The notes: generated from the sequence alone by a model not told the origin. 64,000 nt of DNA from Candidatus Multivoradales bacterium (GCA_965248925.1 CBDFLE010000005.1:672001-736000); one strand, 5' to 3'. Positions 38,117 to 46,996 are shown, counted from the first letter of the stretch. Numbers and translations are program-made.

Positions 38117-38238
38117 GGTTTCGGGCACTGGAGGGCTTCGAGGTCGAGGACCAGGAAGCCGTCATCAGGCTCATCGACGCGATGATTCTCAAGCACCGGG
38201 TCCAGGGTGCAGTAGGAGCCGGTAGCGCTGCCTCTTAG
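38117..38238 (+). pseudogene. 5'-truncated RstR-like XRE repressor C-terminus
   Basis: 'FRALEGFEVEDQEAVIRLIDAMILKHRVQGAVGAGSAAS*' starts right after the motif; family assignment by recall. Confidence 0.6.
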
Positions 38239-38270
38239 AAGAAGCGATGCCCGAGCCCCAGGTGTACTGA

Positions 38271-38292
38271 AAGCCCGGCTCGCACCGGGCTT
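38271..38292. terminator. Hairpin AAGCCCGG-N6-CCGGGCTT
   Basis: 8-bp inverted repeat between the convergent XRE fragment and the immunity gene. Confidence 0.45.
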
Positions 38293-38327
38293 CACTCAAT
38301 GCAAGTGGCTGATCCTAGGTGGCTTGT

Positions 38328-38388
38328 GAATTGGCTGGCACCTATTCAGGGACCACCCGCTAATGTGTGGCACCCTCTCGGGTGCCGC
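38328..38388 (+). repeat. GAATTGGCTGGCACCTATTC motif and GGCACCC-TCTC-GGGTGCC hairpin
   Basis: 38328-38347 is identical to 15925-15944; 38361 TAATGTG-TGGCACC is a variant of the RAYT end. Confidence 0.8.
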
Positions 38389-38407
38389 ATGCAGCGCCCA
38401 CTGTGGG

Positions 38408-38809
38408 CTACTTCGACGAAGCGATCGTTATCGGATTTCCGTCGCGAAAGACAATATCCCGAGCAAGGTCGCCGACGATATTCTCCTGCTCCATCTCGAA
38501 ATAATGATCGAGATCATCAAAGTCTAGCCTTCGGTCGCTGCCAGGTGAAATCAGCACAAACGAGAACTCTGGTTCTCTTCGAGTCCTGAAGAAATATCGA
38601 GTCCCCCACCGGTCCTTCCCGTCTCCTATCGAATCGATGATTCGCCGAGCCTGCTCGTCAGAAATAGAGCCTTCCAACTTCACATGAGACTGAATGTCTC
38701 GCGAGATATTCAGTAGATCCGCAAACGTTGGAAGTTGTTTCGTTGCCGACATCACACCCCAGCAGTCGATCTGGCACAGCAAAAGCAAGGACCCTAAGAG
38801 TTTCTTCAT
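38408..38809 (-). CDS. Putative exported immunity protein for Rhs3
   Basis: ATGA overlap with the Rhs3 stop; signal-like 'MKKLLGSLLLLC'; 'DRWG..Y....F.LISPGSD...D' resembles the GspG C-terminal motif. Confidence 0.7.
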   Translation of the reverse strand: MKKLLGSLLLLCQIDCWGVMSATKQLPTFADLLNISRDIQSHVKLEGSISDEQARRIIDSIGDGKDRWGTRYFFRTRREPEFSFVLISPGSDRRLDFDDLDHYFEMEQENIVGDLARDIVFRDGNPITIASSK

Positions 38810-41800
38810 CGTTCACCTTCCGACAGCAATGGCTCCTGGTCAAGAATTAGAAGATGCTCCTCGACTTGGTTCGGGAAAACTTCCTGAACCAACAGAGGGT
38901 CGAATACAACTATTGCAGAAACCTGATCTGACAAGACCCCGTCTTCCAGTGCTGCCGCCAGCCGTTGGGGAGAGTCGTATAGGATCCCCCTCTCCGGCCG
39001 TTGACCTTCGGAAAGAACCCCTGCATCGCGAAGAACGTCACCACAGGCCGAACTGCAGTTCTGGCGACGTACCTCGTATGCCTTCTTCGGCTTTTTCGCC
39101 GAGTCGACAATACGAGAGTCTCGGGCCGCATCGGATTTCATTACGAATGCGGTCACACGGCGTTGCTGGGCCAAGTACTTATTGATGAATGCTGCAACGG
39201 ACGGCTCAAGTTGAACAGGAGTCCCTTCACTTACCGACGCTCTCCCCTCTGCCGCGGTGGCTATTATCGCTGCGTGACCGAAGCTAGTGCTAGCTTCGTT
39301 GAAGCTACCAGAAACGACAAAAACAACCGTCTCCTTCCCGTTTCGATCTAGGAATTTCGCAGGATTATTAAGCGCATAGGTGTACCGATTCCACCGCTGC
39401 TGAAGACGGGTCGGATTTCTCAACAACTTTGGATCTGTTCCCAGAAACCGCCCCACGACCGGACTACAATGCCGAGCATGCATGTAGTCGAGGTCTCCGT
39501 TGGCCCCCACCCCATTCTCATCCCGCTCATGGCCGGTAAATTTCAGCTGAAACTCATCCGAGGTGGTGCTAGTCGCCTCTCGCCCAAACGGGTAGTAGCT
39601 GTGCAGTGCTACCTGGCTACCACCCTTGGTCACCTGCCGCGGCGAGCCAAGATGATCAAGATGGAAGCTGTAGGTCTCCTCGACACCGTTGGCGTCGGGA
39701 TCGACTGAAGCTAGCATCTGCCCACCCCGATAGACGTAGTCCCGCTCCCACTCGAAGCTTTCGCCACGTGGATGGCTAAAGACCCGCAGCACCTCGTTGC
39801 CGAGACCGCGCAGGGTCCAGGTCTCGCTGGCCGGGCTGCTGACGCAGCTGCTGCCGGCGGCGCTAAAGCAGCTGAAGGTGACGATGCGCTCGTCATCAGC
39901 GTTGTAGATGTACACGCTCGCCTGGTCGGTATTGGATTGCAGGTGCTTCATCATGTTGGCGGCGTCGTAGGTGTACTGGTAGATCTCCGAGCTACTGTAA
40001 CGCACGCGGGTCAGGTTTCCCCCAGCGTCATAGGTGGTGCCGCTGAGGCCGAGGCGGTTGGTGCTGCTGCTCGGGCTCATGGTCTGGCTGGCGCCGTGGG
40101 TGACCATCTGGGTAAGGTTGCCGAAGTTGTCATAGCTCGCGGTCTGTAGGCGGTCGTTGCTGCCGACTTTTACCTCGCCGCTGACCAGGCGCTGGAATCG
40201 GTCATAGCGATATTGCAAGGAGCCGATGCGGTGGATATTTCCGGCTCCGTCGTAGTCGAAGGTGCCGGTGTCCCAGCCGGCGTTGGTAGAGATGCGCTCG
40301 GGCCGGGCGAGGCCGGAGGGATCGACCTGGTAGGTTTCGGTGATGCCGCTCTGGTGGCTGATCTGGGTCAGCATGCCGCCGCTCTGGTAGCTGAGGCTGG
40401 AGGCGAAGCCGGGCACCGCGGTGAGGAGGCCTTTGTCGTAAGCGAAGCTCACCTGCCGCGGTGGGCTGACCTGGTCGCAGCTGTCGTTGCTGTGCAGACA
40501 GTCGGGATAGTCGAGGGTCGCGAGGTTGCCTTGCAGGTCATAGGAGAACCCACTCTGGAAGGCGTAGTGGCCGACGCCGAGCTGGTAGCGGGTCTGGCGC
40601 TCGGACATCCGCCCACCGCGGCCAGCGTAGACGAAGCTCTCGGAGATCCGGACATCGAGGAAGCCAGGATTGGCGTTCAGCGGATTCACCAGATCCACCC
40701 AATTGTGGCGGGTGGTCTGCACCAGCTTGCCGGCCCGCTTGTCGGCACCGACGTTCTTGCGGCCGTAGCGGAACTCCTTGAGCTTGCGCGGCGAGCCACC
40801 GTTGCTCTCGTCAACTCGGATCAGGCGTCCGGCTGGATCGTAGAAGTAGTCGAGGTCGAACTCGGTGGAGCCGCCGATGCGTTTGCTCAAAACGCTGCCA
40901 CGAGCATCATAGGAATAGGTCGTGGCGCCGTTGCCCACTGGGCCGACTTCGGGATGGGTCTCGGAGGTCAGGAAGCTGCGACCGTCATAGTTGAAGAAGC
41001 GTTGCTGGCCACAGGTCGATCCAGTCCGATTCTGGCAAACGTGGGTGAGCCGCGAGCCGGCGTCGTAGGCGTAGCGAGTCAGCAAGCCGCCCGCGTTGCA
41101 GCTGCCATTCCAGGCCGCCGATCTGCCTTCACAAACCTCGAACAATCGGCCCTGGCCATCGGAGATCTCGGTGTTGTAGGTGTCTTCTTGCACTCCGGAG
41201 GCGAGCATCACTTTGAACCGCCGCGTCTTGGTGCGTTCGCCCTCGTAGCTGAGGAATGTGGCCGGCTGGCTTGGTGGGGTGATCCTGCCGGGGCGGCCGA
41301 AGTTGTCGTACTGCTCGTACTTGGTGACGCGGCTGTCGGAAGTGGCGTTGAGGGTCCACACCGATTCCGCGGTCTTCCAGGCCCGTGGGTTGAAGCTCAT
41401 GTGGCGGTACCAGCGCACTCCGCCGGGCAACTGCACCTGCTCTTTGACCCTACGGCCGAGGCCGTCGAAAGTGTGCTGGCGGTAGGCCAGCAGGCCGGAG
41501 CCCGAGCAGGCGGCGGTGGTGACGCACTGCTCTTCGGTCAGCAGCGGCATCAGGTTGAAGTTGCTCTGGGTGGCCAGCCGGTAGGTGTAGCGGCGCACCG
41601 CCTCGCTCTCGGGAAACTCGTGGGTCAAGCGGCCCTGCCGGTCATAGAGGAAGTCGATCTTGACCCCGGCGCTGTCTCGGCTGCGTTTGACCAAGCCGGT
41701 GTTCTTGTCGAGATCGTAGTCGGCCAGTTTGAGTAGCACTTCGCTGGTGGCGCAAGGGTTGACCACCGTCGAGTTTCTCAGCACGCCGTACTGGTAGCCG

Positions 41801-43851
41801 TAGTTGGTGCGGTAAAGGGCGCCGGATTGGGCCGGGTTGATGCTGCCCAGGCTTGCGGTGCTGATCGCCTGGCTGTCGCCGCCGTATTGCAGCTCAGAGG
41901 CGACGAAGCCGGTGCTGCCAGCCTGCACGAAGATGCTCAGCAGGTCGTTCGACTGCCGCGAGCCACCTGCCAACACCCTGCGTTTGCGCAGGAAGCCGTT
42001 GACTAGCGCAAAGTCATACTCGGTGGATTCGGTGACGCCGTTCTCGGTCACCGATTGCGAGTTGAAGGTCTCCAGCACCCAGGGCTGGGTCTGGCCGAAC
42101 ATGGCGAAATCGGTGGCCGGATCGATGGCGCCGGTGTCGCTGTTGGCGATCAGGTAGGAGCCGCGATTCTGGTTGTAGAAGGTCTCGCTCGCGCGCACGT
42201 TGCCGCTGGCGAAGTTGCCGCCGGTGGTGGTGGTGCGGAAATGGCCGAGGCCATCGAAGTCCGAGTGGGTGACCTCGCGGAACTTGTCGCCGTCGTCGTG
42301 GTAGATGACTTTGCGGTACTTCATCCGGTGGTTGCGGTCGGCGTAGGTCCCGGATGGACCGTCGTTCTCATACTCCAGGAAGATCGAGCGGCGCTTGCTG
42401 CCGCTGGCCACCGAGCCCTGGTAGATCTCCTGCGACAAGTAGGGTGGGTTGTTGTTGAAGTAGTCGTTGGTGCCCGGCGTGCAGCGGGTGAAGGGCAGGC
42501 CGAAACCCTGGCGATGGATGCCCGCGGAGTTAAACCAGTGCTTTGTGTCGTTGCCTAGCGGGTCGGTCAAGGTGAGCGTGTGGTAGCAAGAGATCTGGCC
42601 GGGGCCGAGCACTCCCTGGGGGTCGTAATCGTAAGTCCAGGTGCCGTGGGGCGAGTTTGGATAGTCGCTGTCTTTGAGATAGGTCGACTTGGTGGCCACG
42701 CCGGTGCCGGTGTTGGCCCACTCGCGGCCCTCGGGCACATCTGGGCTTTGGGCGTGGAAATCGATCTCTTGGTACTTCCAGCCAAAGGCACCATCGGTGG
42801 GCAGGCGGAGGAACTTGATGCCGCCCGAGAGTTTCTCTCCTACATTGTCGGTGTGGTAGTAGTCCATTTGGTAGAACGAGTCGTCGGGCAAGACCAGGCG
42901 TTCGAGTAGGCGGACGCCGGAAAGGGTGTCCCCTTCGGGCACACACGAAGGCTGCGCGCCTTGGCGCTCCAGGTCGACCGGGCCGGAGTAGACTAGATCG
43001 TAGACGGCGCTTTGGTTGTTGAAGGCGGCGAGGGTGACCTTCTCCAGTCGGCCGGCGGTGAAATCGAGGGAATGACTCCTGTTGGCGGAATCGGTGACGC
43101 TCCAATCGCCGCCCGAGGCGTAGGCTATCTTGACCCAATGGCCGAAGCGGTCGAGCATCTTGGTCACTCGCCAATCGAAGCTGGTGTGGCTGATGTTATG
43201 GAATTCATGCATCTCACCACTTGGGAATTCCACCGTCCGGCAATCCTGGTCGAGCAGATTCGACGGCGTCTCGCAGGGGCTCGATGCGAATGGGTAGTAG
43301 CGCATTCTCAGGTAGGTACTGTCGCGGGTGAACCAGGTGTTGGGCTGGGTGCCGGCGGGCGGGTAGGTGCCGCTCTGGGCCGGGTGGAGGAAATCGTGGA
43401 AGGCGTGTTGCCCGCCGTCAGGGCTCAAATAGGAAAACCCGCTGAAGGGTGGCGCGGGATTGCCGCCTTCGGAGCGCACCAACTGGCCAAGATTGACCCG
43501 CCACCCCCAGCCAGAATTCGCATCGAGATCTTGAATCGGCAAGTTGTAGGAAACCAGCATCTGGTTGGGCGGCGTGCCCTCGGTGCAGCTCTGTTGGTCG
43601 TCAAAGTCCCAGCCGCTGGAGTTGTAGGTCAGGGTGAAGCCGTAGCTCAGAGTGGGACCCACCGGGTAGCTCTGGCCGAGGGGCAGGCGGAGCGACAGAT
43701 TCCCCGAGAAGAGGTTGATCGAGTCGATGTCGCCGACTTGGAAGGCGGTGTCGGCGGTGACGCCCCGCTGGTGGCTCTGGGGCTGTTGCGCGGCGGTCGG
43801 CCCGGCGAGGGCAACGTAGAGAAGTGAGGCGATGAGAATTTTCTGTTGCAT
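38806..43851 (-). CDS. Rhs polymorphic toxin 3, papain-like (His...NC) tip
   Basis: Same core; 'LDRNG' boundary at 39348-39337; tip 'FGHAAI...YEVRRQNCSS'. Confidence 0.95.
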   Translation of the reverse strand: MQQKILIASLLYVALAGPTAAQQPQSHQRGVTADTAFQVGDIDSINLFSGNLSLRLPLGQSYPVGPTLSYGFTLTYNSSGWDFDDQQSCTEGTPPNQMLVSYNLPIQDLDANSGWGWRVNLGQLVRSEGGNPAPPFSGFSYLSPDGGQHAFHDFLHPAQSGTYPPAGTQPNTWFTRDSTYLRMRYYPFASSPCETPSNLLDQDCRTVEFPSGEMHEFHNISHTSFDWRVTKMLDRFGHWVKIAYASGGDWSVTDSANRSHSLDFTAGRLEKVTLAAFNNQSAVYDLVYSGPVDLERQGAQPSCVPEGDTLSGVRLLERLVLPDDSFYQMDYYHTDNVGEKLSGGIKFLRLPTDGAFGWKYQEIDFHAQSPDVPEGREWANTGTGVATKSTYLKDSDYPNSPHGTWTYDYDPQGVLGPGQISCYHTLTLTDPLGNDTKHWFNSAGIHRQGFGLPFTRCTPGTNDYFNNNPPYLSQEIYQGSVASGSKRRSIFLEYENDGPSGTYADRNHRMKYRKVIYHDDGDKFREVTHSDFDGLGHFRTTTTGGNFASGNVRASETFYNQNRGSYLIANSDTGAIDPATDFAMFGQTQPWVLETFNSQSVTENGVTESTEYDFALVNGFLRKRRVLAGGSRQSNDLLSIFVQAGSTGFVASELQYGGDSQAISTASLGSINPAQSGALYRTNYGYQYGVLRNSTVVNPCATSEVLLKLADYDLDKNTGLVKRSRDSAGVKIDFLYDRQGRLTHEFPESEAVRRYTYRLATQSNFNLMPLLTEEQCVTTAACSGSGLLAYRQHTFDGLGRRVKEQVQLPGGVRWYRHMSFNPRAWKTAESVWTLNATSDSRVTKYEQYDNFGRPGRITPPSQPATFLSYEGERTKTRRFKVMLASGVQEDTYNTEISDGQGRLFEVCEGRSAAWNGSCNAGGLLTRYAYDAGSRLTHVCQNRTGSTCGQQRFFNYDGRSFLTSETHPEVGPVGNGATTYSYDARGSVLSKRIGGSTEFDLDYFYDPAGRLIRVDESNGGSPRKLKEFRYGRKNVGADKRAGKLVQTTRHNWVDLVNPLNANPGFLDVRISESFVYAGRGGRMSERQTRYQLGVGHYAFQSGFSYDLQGNLATLDYPDCLHSNDSCDQVSPPRQVSFAYDKGLLTAVPGFASSLSYQSGGMLTQISHQSGITETYQVDPSGLARPERISTNAGWDTGTFDYDGAGNIHRIGSLQYRYDRFQRLVSGEVKVGSNDRLQTASYDNFGNLTQMVTHGASQTMSPSSSTNRLGLSGTTYDAGGNLTRVRYSSSEIYQYTYDAANMMKHLQSNTDQASVYIYNADDERIVTFSCFSAAGSSCVSSPASETWTLRGLGNEVLRVFSHPRGESFEWERDYVYRGGQMLASVDPDANGVEETYSFHLDHLGSPRQVTKGGSQVALHSYYPFGREATSTTSDEFQLKFTGHERDENGVGANGDLDYMHARHCSPVVGRFLGTDPKLLRNPTRLQQRWNRYTYALNNPAKFLDRNGKETVVFVVSGSFNEASTSFGHAAIIATAAEGRASVSEGTPVQLEPSVAAFINKYLAQQRRVTAFVMKSDAARDSRIVDSAKKPKKAYEVRRQNCSSACGDVLRDAGVLSEGQRPERGILYDSPQRLAAALEDGVLSDQVSAIVVFDPLLVQEVFPNQVEEHLLILDQEPLLSEGER

Positions 43852-43865
43852 AGTCTTTGACTCCT

Positions 43866-44300
43866 TCAGCAGCCGCTGCCGGGGCAGGTGCTATCCCATT
43901 GATTGGCATTGCCAGACTCAAAGTTGTCGCCAAAGAGCACGGCGATGGACTTGACGGCGACGGTGGCCGAGGTGCTGTGGTGGGTCTCGTCTTCGATGCG
44001 GTAGGTCAAAGTGCAGTTGGCATCGATCGACGGGTTCGGGGTCAATCGGATCAGATCGAGCACGATCTCGGTGCTCGCCGGGCAGGTGCTGGCGAGGACG
44101 GTGACAGTCAGGGCTTCGCCGTCGGGCTCGGTGTCGTTGGCCAGGACATCAATCAGGATCGGGGCGGAGGCGGCTTCTGCGTTGTCGCCCGAGGCGATGG
44201 GGGTGCTGTTGCATTGAGCGTGGGCGGTGGCGGCGGCGAGCAGGCCGAGAGCGAGCGCCGCTGCCGGCCACGCCATGCATCCAGAGATTTTTCGCTTCAT
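43866..44300 (-). CDS. Small secreted Ig/cadherin-like protein (copy 3, different signal peptide)
   Basis: Mature part matches copies 1 and 2; ATG 44300 after GGAGGT; leader 'MKRKISGCMAWPAAALALGLL'. Confidence 0.8.
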   Translation of the reverse strand: MKRKISGCMAWPAAALALGLLAAATAHAQCNSTPIASGDNAEAASAPILIDVLANDTEPDGEALTVTVLASTCPASTEIVLDLIRLTPNPSIDANCTLTYRIEDETHHSTSATVAVKSIAVLFGDNFESGNANQWDSTCPGSGC

Positions 44301-44484
44301 TCGTACCTCCAGTCCAGATCGTTCTGTCTTCCTTCTTCCTACTTGGACACAACGACGTTCCGTCAGGTTCCCGCTCGAAGAAGGATTGCTCCTCATCCAG
44401 CGCCGAGGTCATTCGGCGAGCACTGCTCGCGCGGCTCTAGAAAAACCAGTCACTGCGGGCATTCGGGAGACACACGCAACCTAT

Positions 44485-44820
44485 GCGTTGCTCGACGCAG
44501 GTGGTCGAGCGCTATCACGGCCTCAGAGCAGGGGATTGGGCGGTGGCACCGCCCTGCACGCCGCCGCTTGGAGCGGCCATCGCGAGACGGTTGAAGTGCT
44601 GCTGCGGCTTCAGGCACCGCTCAATCTTCGCTGTACGACTTTCGGTGCAACTCCCCTGGGCTAGGTGGACAATGGTTTTGGACCTGAGAGCTGCTGGCTC
44701 AAGGGCGACCACCTGGGTGTTGCCGCTTTGTTGCTCCGCGCGGGCGCGGATTCCGAGATTGCAAACGCCTCCGGCCAGCGGCCGATTGACCTGGTGCAAG
44801 AACCCCCGGCAACCGGATAG
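44485..44820 (+). pseudogene. Truncated ankyrin-repeat gene with in-frame TAG
   Basis: 'ALLDAG...GGTALHAAAWSGHRETVEVLL...GATPLG*V...VAALLLRAGADSEIANASGQRPIDL'; TAG at 44662-44664. Confidence 0.75.
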
Positions 44821-44957
44821 TGGAGCTGCTAACAGAGCATGGCAGCCGCTAGCTCGGTCCGCGCCAGAGGGGTCATATTCGGTTAGAATCGCTGCCGCCG
44901 AGGCTCCCTCGGCCGCAATCTCAAAACCAGCTAGATCCATCCGATAGGAGTTCGACC

Positions 44958-45440
44958 ATGACTATTCAGATCGGCGACAAGATTCCCGCCGCGACTTTCA
45001 AGACCCCGACGGCCTCCGGACCGCAGGAGATCACTACCGGCGAGTTCTTCGACGGTAAGAAGATCGTGCTCTTCGCCGTTCCCGGCGCCTTTACCCCGAC
45101 TTGTAGCGACACCCACCTGCCGGGCTTTGTCGTCCGTTCGGACGAGATCTTCGCCAAGGGGGTCGATGCGATCGCCTGTACCGCGGTCAATGATGTCTTT
45201 GTGCTCGGTGCCTGGGCGAAGGCGAATAAGCTCGGTGATGGCTTCCAGATGCTGGCCGATGGCAACGGCGAGTTCGCTAACGCCGCCGGGCTGGAACTCG
45301 ATTTGGGCCATTTCGGCATGGGCAAACGTTCCAAACGTTACGCCATGGTGGTCGACAACGGGGTGGTTACCTACCTCGGTGTGGAACCGGCCGGCGAGGT
45401 TGGGGTCAGCAGCGCCGACGCGGTTCTAGCCGCACTTTAG
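44958..45440 (+). CDS. Peroxiredoxin (Prx5-like)
   Basis: 'FAVPGAFTPTCS..HLPGF', 'VNDVFV..AW', 'ADGNGEF', 'RSKRYAM'. Confidence 0.95.
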   Translation: MTIQIGDKIPAATFKTPTASGPQEITTGEFFDGKKIVLFAVPGAFTPTCSDTHLPGFVVRSDEIFAKGVDAIACTAVNDVFVLGAWAKANKLGDGFQMLADGNGEFANAAGLELDLGHFGMGKRSKRYAMVVDNGVVTYLGVEPAGEVGVSSADAVLAAL

Positions 45441-45507
45441 GTCGAATAGTGAGAGCCAGAGCCACCCACCAGGGTGGTTTCTGGCGCGACAGCTCTGCGA
45501 GGCGGCT

Positions 45508-46194
45508 ATGGATCGACCGGCGCGTTATACCCATTATCCCCGCAGCATCTTATGGCTGATCGAAGGTGGCGAGATCACCCTCGGTGGCCACGAGGCAGAT
45601 GCTCAGCCCCGCTTTGGCGCCGAAGTCGAATCGTTCTATATCAGCAAGTTCCCGATCACCAACTTACAATTCGCGGCCTTTGATCCGGGGCATCAGTGCC
45701 GCACCTGCTCGCCGTCGGCCGGCGATCCGGCCACTGGCATCTGCTGGCAACAAGCTCGAGACTATGCCGCCTGGTATGCAGAGGTGTCGCGCAAGGCGAT
45801 GCGGCTACCCACTGAAATTGAGTGGGAATACGCCTGCCGCGGCGGCTGTGCTGGCCGCTGGCCTTGGGGGGACGACGCCCAAGAGATCGATAGGCATCTC
45901 TGGCATGCTGGCAACAGCGACGGCCGGGTAGGGCGCCTCGATAGTAAAGCCTCGAATGGCTTTGGTTTGTGGGCGATGGTCGGCGGCGTCTGGGAGTGGA
46001 CCGCCTCGGACTATCGGCCCTATCCTCTGGCCGCGTCTGGGGAGTCATCCGCCGATGAGTCCCTGCAGCGTGTTCTGCGTGGCGGCTCCTTTCGCTTGCC
46101 TGGCAAAGAACTATCTTGCTCGCTGCGCCGGGCTGCCGAGCCGAGTCTGCATGCCGATGACGTTGGTTTTCGCATCGCCAAGAGCCTGCGCTGA
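45508..46194 (+). CDS. Formylglycine-generating enzyme/SUMF1-domain protein
   Basis: 'RLPTEIEWEYACRGG', 'NGFGLWAM.G.VWEW', 'RVLRGGSF', 'VGFR'. Confidence 0.88.
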   Translation: MDRPARYTHYPRSILWLIEGGEITLGGHEADAQPRFGAEVESFYISKFPITNLQFAAFDPGHQCRTCSPSAGDPATGICWQQARDYAAWYAEVSRKAMRLPTEIEWEYACRGGCAGRWPWGDDAQEIDRHLWHAGNSDGRVGRLDSKASNGFGLWAMVGGVWEWTASDYRPYPLAASGESSADESLQRVLRGGSFRLPGKELSCSLRRAAEPSLHADDVGFRIAKSLR

Positions 46195-46265
46195 TGAAGA
46201 GCCCCCACCACGGTAGGAGGGGCAGGGGCAGCTTCAAGAGTTGGGGCGCTACTATGTGGGTGGCT

Positions 46266-46481
46266 CTAGTTGCCCTCTTCTTCCTTCGACGTCCGACCAC
46301 CGCCGAGCCACCGCGCAGGATGGTCACTGGAGAATCTGCAATCACTGTTGAACGGTCGAAGAATTTGACTTGGTAGGTAGCACACCAGCAGGCTGACGTG
46401 GGTGTCGACTGTCTTGGCCAGCAAAGGGCAAGGAAGCAGCACGAGGAGCAGGGTCATCACCAGCAAATATCGAGAGTTCAT
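46266..46481 (-). CDS. Small hypothetical protein with signal peptide (possibly a fragment)
   Basis: AGGAG RBS and a hydrophobic leader 'LLVMTLLLVLLPCPLLA'. Confidence 0.4.
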   Translation of the reverse strand: MNSRYLLVMTLLLVLLPCPLLAKTVDTHVSLLVCYLPSQILRPFNSDCRFSSDHPARWLGGGRTSKEEEGN

Positions 46482-46536
46482 AGCAGATCTCCTGAGTTCG
46501 ACTCCGGCTGCGATCGCTCACGGTCGCCAGCCAGGG

Positions 46537-46836
46537 TCAGGTAGAGGGGTGCTTCTTCGAGCGGGCGCCAACGCCATCTCCGCGGGCTCTCTTGAGGCAG
46601 CCCCGGAGGACGATCCGGGTCAGCCAGGAGGCGTAGCTGTCGAGATCCCGCAAGGACCGAAGCTTGCTCCAGGCGGTCACCAGGCCGTCTTGCACTGCAT
46701 CTTCAGCCTCTCCATCGCCGAGTACCGAGCGAGCCAACCGCACCAGGGATTGCCAGCGATCCTCGACGATCAATGCGAAAGCCTCGCGGTCGTCGTCCTG
46801 GGCGCGTCGGATTTGCTCTGTCTCGACTCCGTTCAT
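46537..46836 (-). pseudogene. Truncated ECF sigma factor (region 2 only)
   Basis: 'AQDDDREAFALIV...LVRLARSVLGD.EAEDAVQD....AW..L..L....SY.SWL.RI'; stops before any region 4. Confidence 0.7.
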
Positions 46837-46996
46837 ACCTGTAGGAGGGCTGGCGATCGGTTTTTCGTGTACAGCCGGCGAAAAAAGGTTTCGCGGTGTG
46901 AGATCGTCGGCCTCAGCCTATCGCTGTCGAGCAAGTTGGCGGCGACAATCCCCGACGGCGGTGGGTTAGATCATGACCATCACGAGGAGAGTAGCA

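Noticed and set aside
15886-38390. GCACCTATT repeats as a CRISPR array
   Set aside because: The repeats are short (9-31 bp) and irregularly spaced, with no uniform spacers and no cas genes.
17093-43851. T6SS effector cluster
   Set aside because: No PAAR, VgrG, Hcp or EagR genes; the Rhs proteins carry Sec-type signal peptides.
15670-44450. Classical integron or diversity-generating retroelement
   Set aside because: No tyrosine recombinase (IntI), attC-type sites or reverse transcriptase was seen. Rhs differences are whole-tip swaps rather than adenine-specific changes.
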